Assembly (NCBI RefSeq): GCF_036971445.1
Contig: NC_091482.1
Span: 10,230,001-10,294,000, forward strand
Length of the DNA stretch: 64,000 nucleotides
Reading direction: 5' to 3'
Source: Narcine bancroftii
Taxonomy: Eukaryota
Positions 62,701 through 64,000 of this stretch are shown here, one piece after another. Each line of letters starts with the position of its first letter. Position 1 is the first letter of the stretch. Below the pieces are notes generated by a model, which was not told the DNA's origin, did not search any database, and was given only the letters and a program-made list of their open reading frames with translations. The translations under genes and the position numbers were made by a program.

Positions 62701-64000
62701 TAATAGATAAGGTTTACATTATTTGCAGTTGAACAAAACAGTTAAGTGTGAGGTGTTACATTTTGGAAAGGGAAATCTAAATAGGTCATATGCATTAAAT
62801 GGTAGGCTATTGAGATTTGCAGAGCAACAAAGGGATTTAGGAGTGATGGTAAATAGTACCCTCAAGGTCGATACTCAGGTCGATGGTGTGGTGAAGAAGG
62901 CATTTGGAATGCTGGCCTTCATAAATCGGAGTATTGAATTCAAGAGTAGGGAGGTTATGATGAAATTGTACAAGGCATTGGTGAGGCCAAATTTGGAGTA
63001 CTGTGTACAGTTTTGGTCACCAAATTATAGGAAAGATATAAAAATAGAGAGAGTTCAGAGAAGGTTCACGAGAATGTTGACAGGATTTCAAGGTTTGAGT
63101 TACAGGGAAAGGTTGTGCAGACTACGGCTTTTTTTCTCTAGAGCGTAGAAGATTGAAGGGGGACTTGATAGAGGTTTTTAAGATTTTAAACGAGACAGAC
63201 AGAGTAAATGTGGATAGACTTTTTCCATTAAGAGTGGGGAAATTCAAACGAGAGGGCATGGTTTAAGATTGAAAGGGGAATATTATAAGGGGAACATGAG
63301 GGGAAATTTCTTTACGCAAATGGTGGTAGGGATGTGGAATGAGCTTCTGGCAGACATAGTTGAGACGGGATCATTGGTTACATTTAAGGATGGACTGGAT
63401 AGTTACATGCAGAGGAGAGGACTGGAGGGGTATGGACCAGGTGCTGGTCAGTGGGACTAGGAGGGTGGGGATTTGTTACAGCATGGACTAGTAGGGCCAA
63501 ACTGGCCTGCTCTGTGCTGTAAGTGGTTGTATGGTTAAAGATCCCCGACTTCTCAAGAACTCCTGAGGCAAATATTCTTGATTTACCTTGATTTACAGTT
63601 TTGTCATAAAGGTTCAATATCAATTATTTATAACAATTTGCTTGATTTAATGATAGCCTCATAAGTTAAGATCAAGAATGATTGGGAACAGGATTTGAAT
63701 GTATAATTTTTGGATGAGGTTTGAAATTCGATTTGTAATCTGATTAATGCGACCTCCTTTTGCGCACGACCTTGTTTGTTGCAATTTAAAGTGGCCCATC
63801 GAGTGCACATGTGTAAAGTTATATGATCTCATTTTTATTCAAATACAAATACTCTTTTATGTGACAAACGCAACAAAAAAAAATTGAGGCTTCATTGGAC
63901 TTGCCCTCGTCTAGAAAATTCTTGATAATGTAATAGATAATGTAATGTAATAGATAAGGTTTACATTATTTGCAGTTGAACAGAACAGTTAAGTGTGAGG
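59741..64000 (+). repeat. Tandem array of a ~1247-bp CR1/L1 chimeric unit (3.4 copies, runs off the window)
   Basis: gcatggactagtagggcc at 59741, 60988, 62235 and 63481; near-identical RT ORFs at 60232, 61478 and 62723. Confidence 0.97.

Noticed and set aside
60232-63460. Repeated 141/180/141-aa ORFs as a tandem gene family
   Set aside because: They are CR1 RT C-terminal fragments with non-ATG starts in junction filler and internal frameshifts.
59741-64000. CRISPR-like or LTR-type structure
   Set aside because: The units are 1.25 kb with no unique spacers and no TG..CA ends or primer-binding site; they are fully explained by CR1 plus L1 sequence.

Overview
Repeat-rich vertebrate genomic DNA. 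The repeat landscape (CR1, Penelope-like, tRNA-derived SINE, Rex/Babar, L1/Tx1, MITEs) suggests a cartilaginous fish; this is an inference. Two convergent multi-exon genes were read by eye. (1) On +, the 3' part of RAP1GAP2: 12 in-phase GT-AG exons from 2233 to 31174, including the catalytic KRHIGND motif, with a probable 3'UTR ending near AATAAA at 37721. (2) On -, the 3' end of a tapasin-family gene: an IgC1 exon, a transmembrane exon, a 17-nt microexon and a terminal KKPY* exon. Both genes start outside the window. The most striking structure lies in an intron of the tapasin-like gene (54.9-64 kb). A CR1 inserted into an L1 ORF2 was broken once and repaired with a templated insertion, leaving fold-back scars at both junctions. 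The resulting direct repeat expanded into a ~1247-bp L1/CR1 chimeric tandem array that already shows an alternating A/B higher-order structure, i.e. a readable record of a satellite forming. Also notable: a microexon that could switch the ER-retrieval signal of the tapasin-like protein, a TSD-flanked antisense L1 RT fragment, a solo LTR, Chapaev3-like remnants and hammerhead-like motifs in Penelope termini. All repeat family names come from motif recognition, not database searches.
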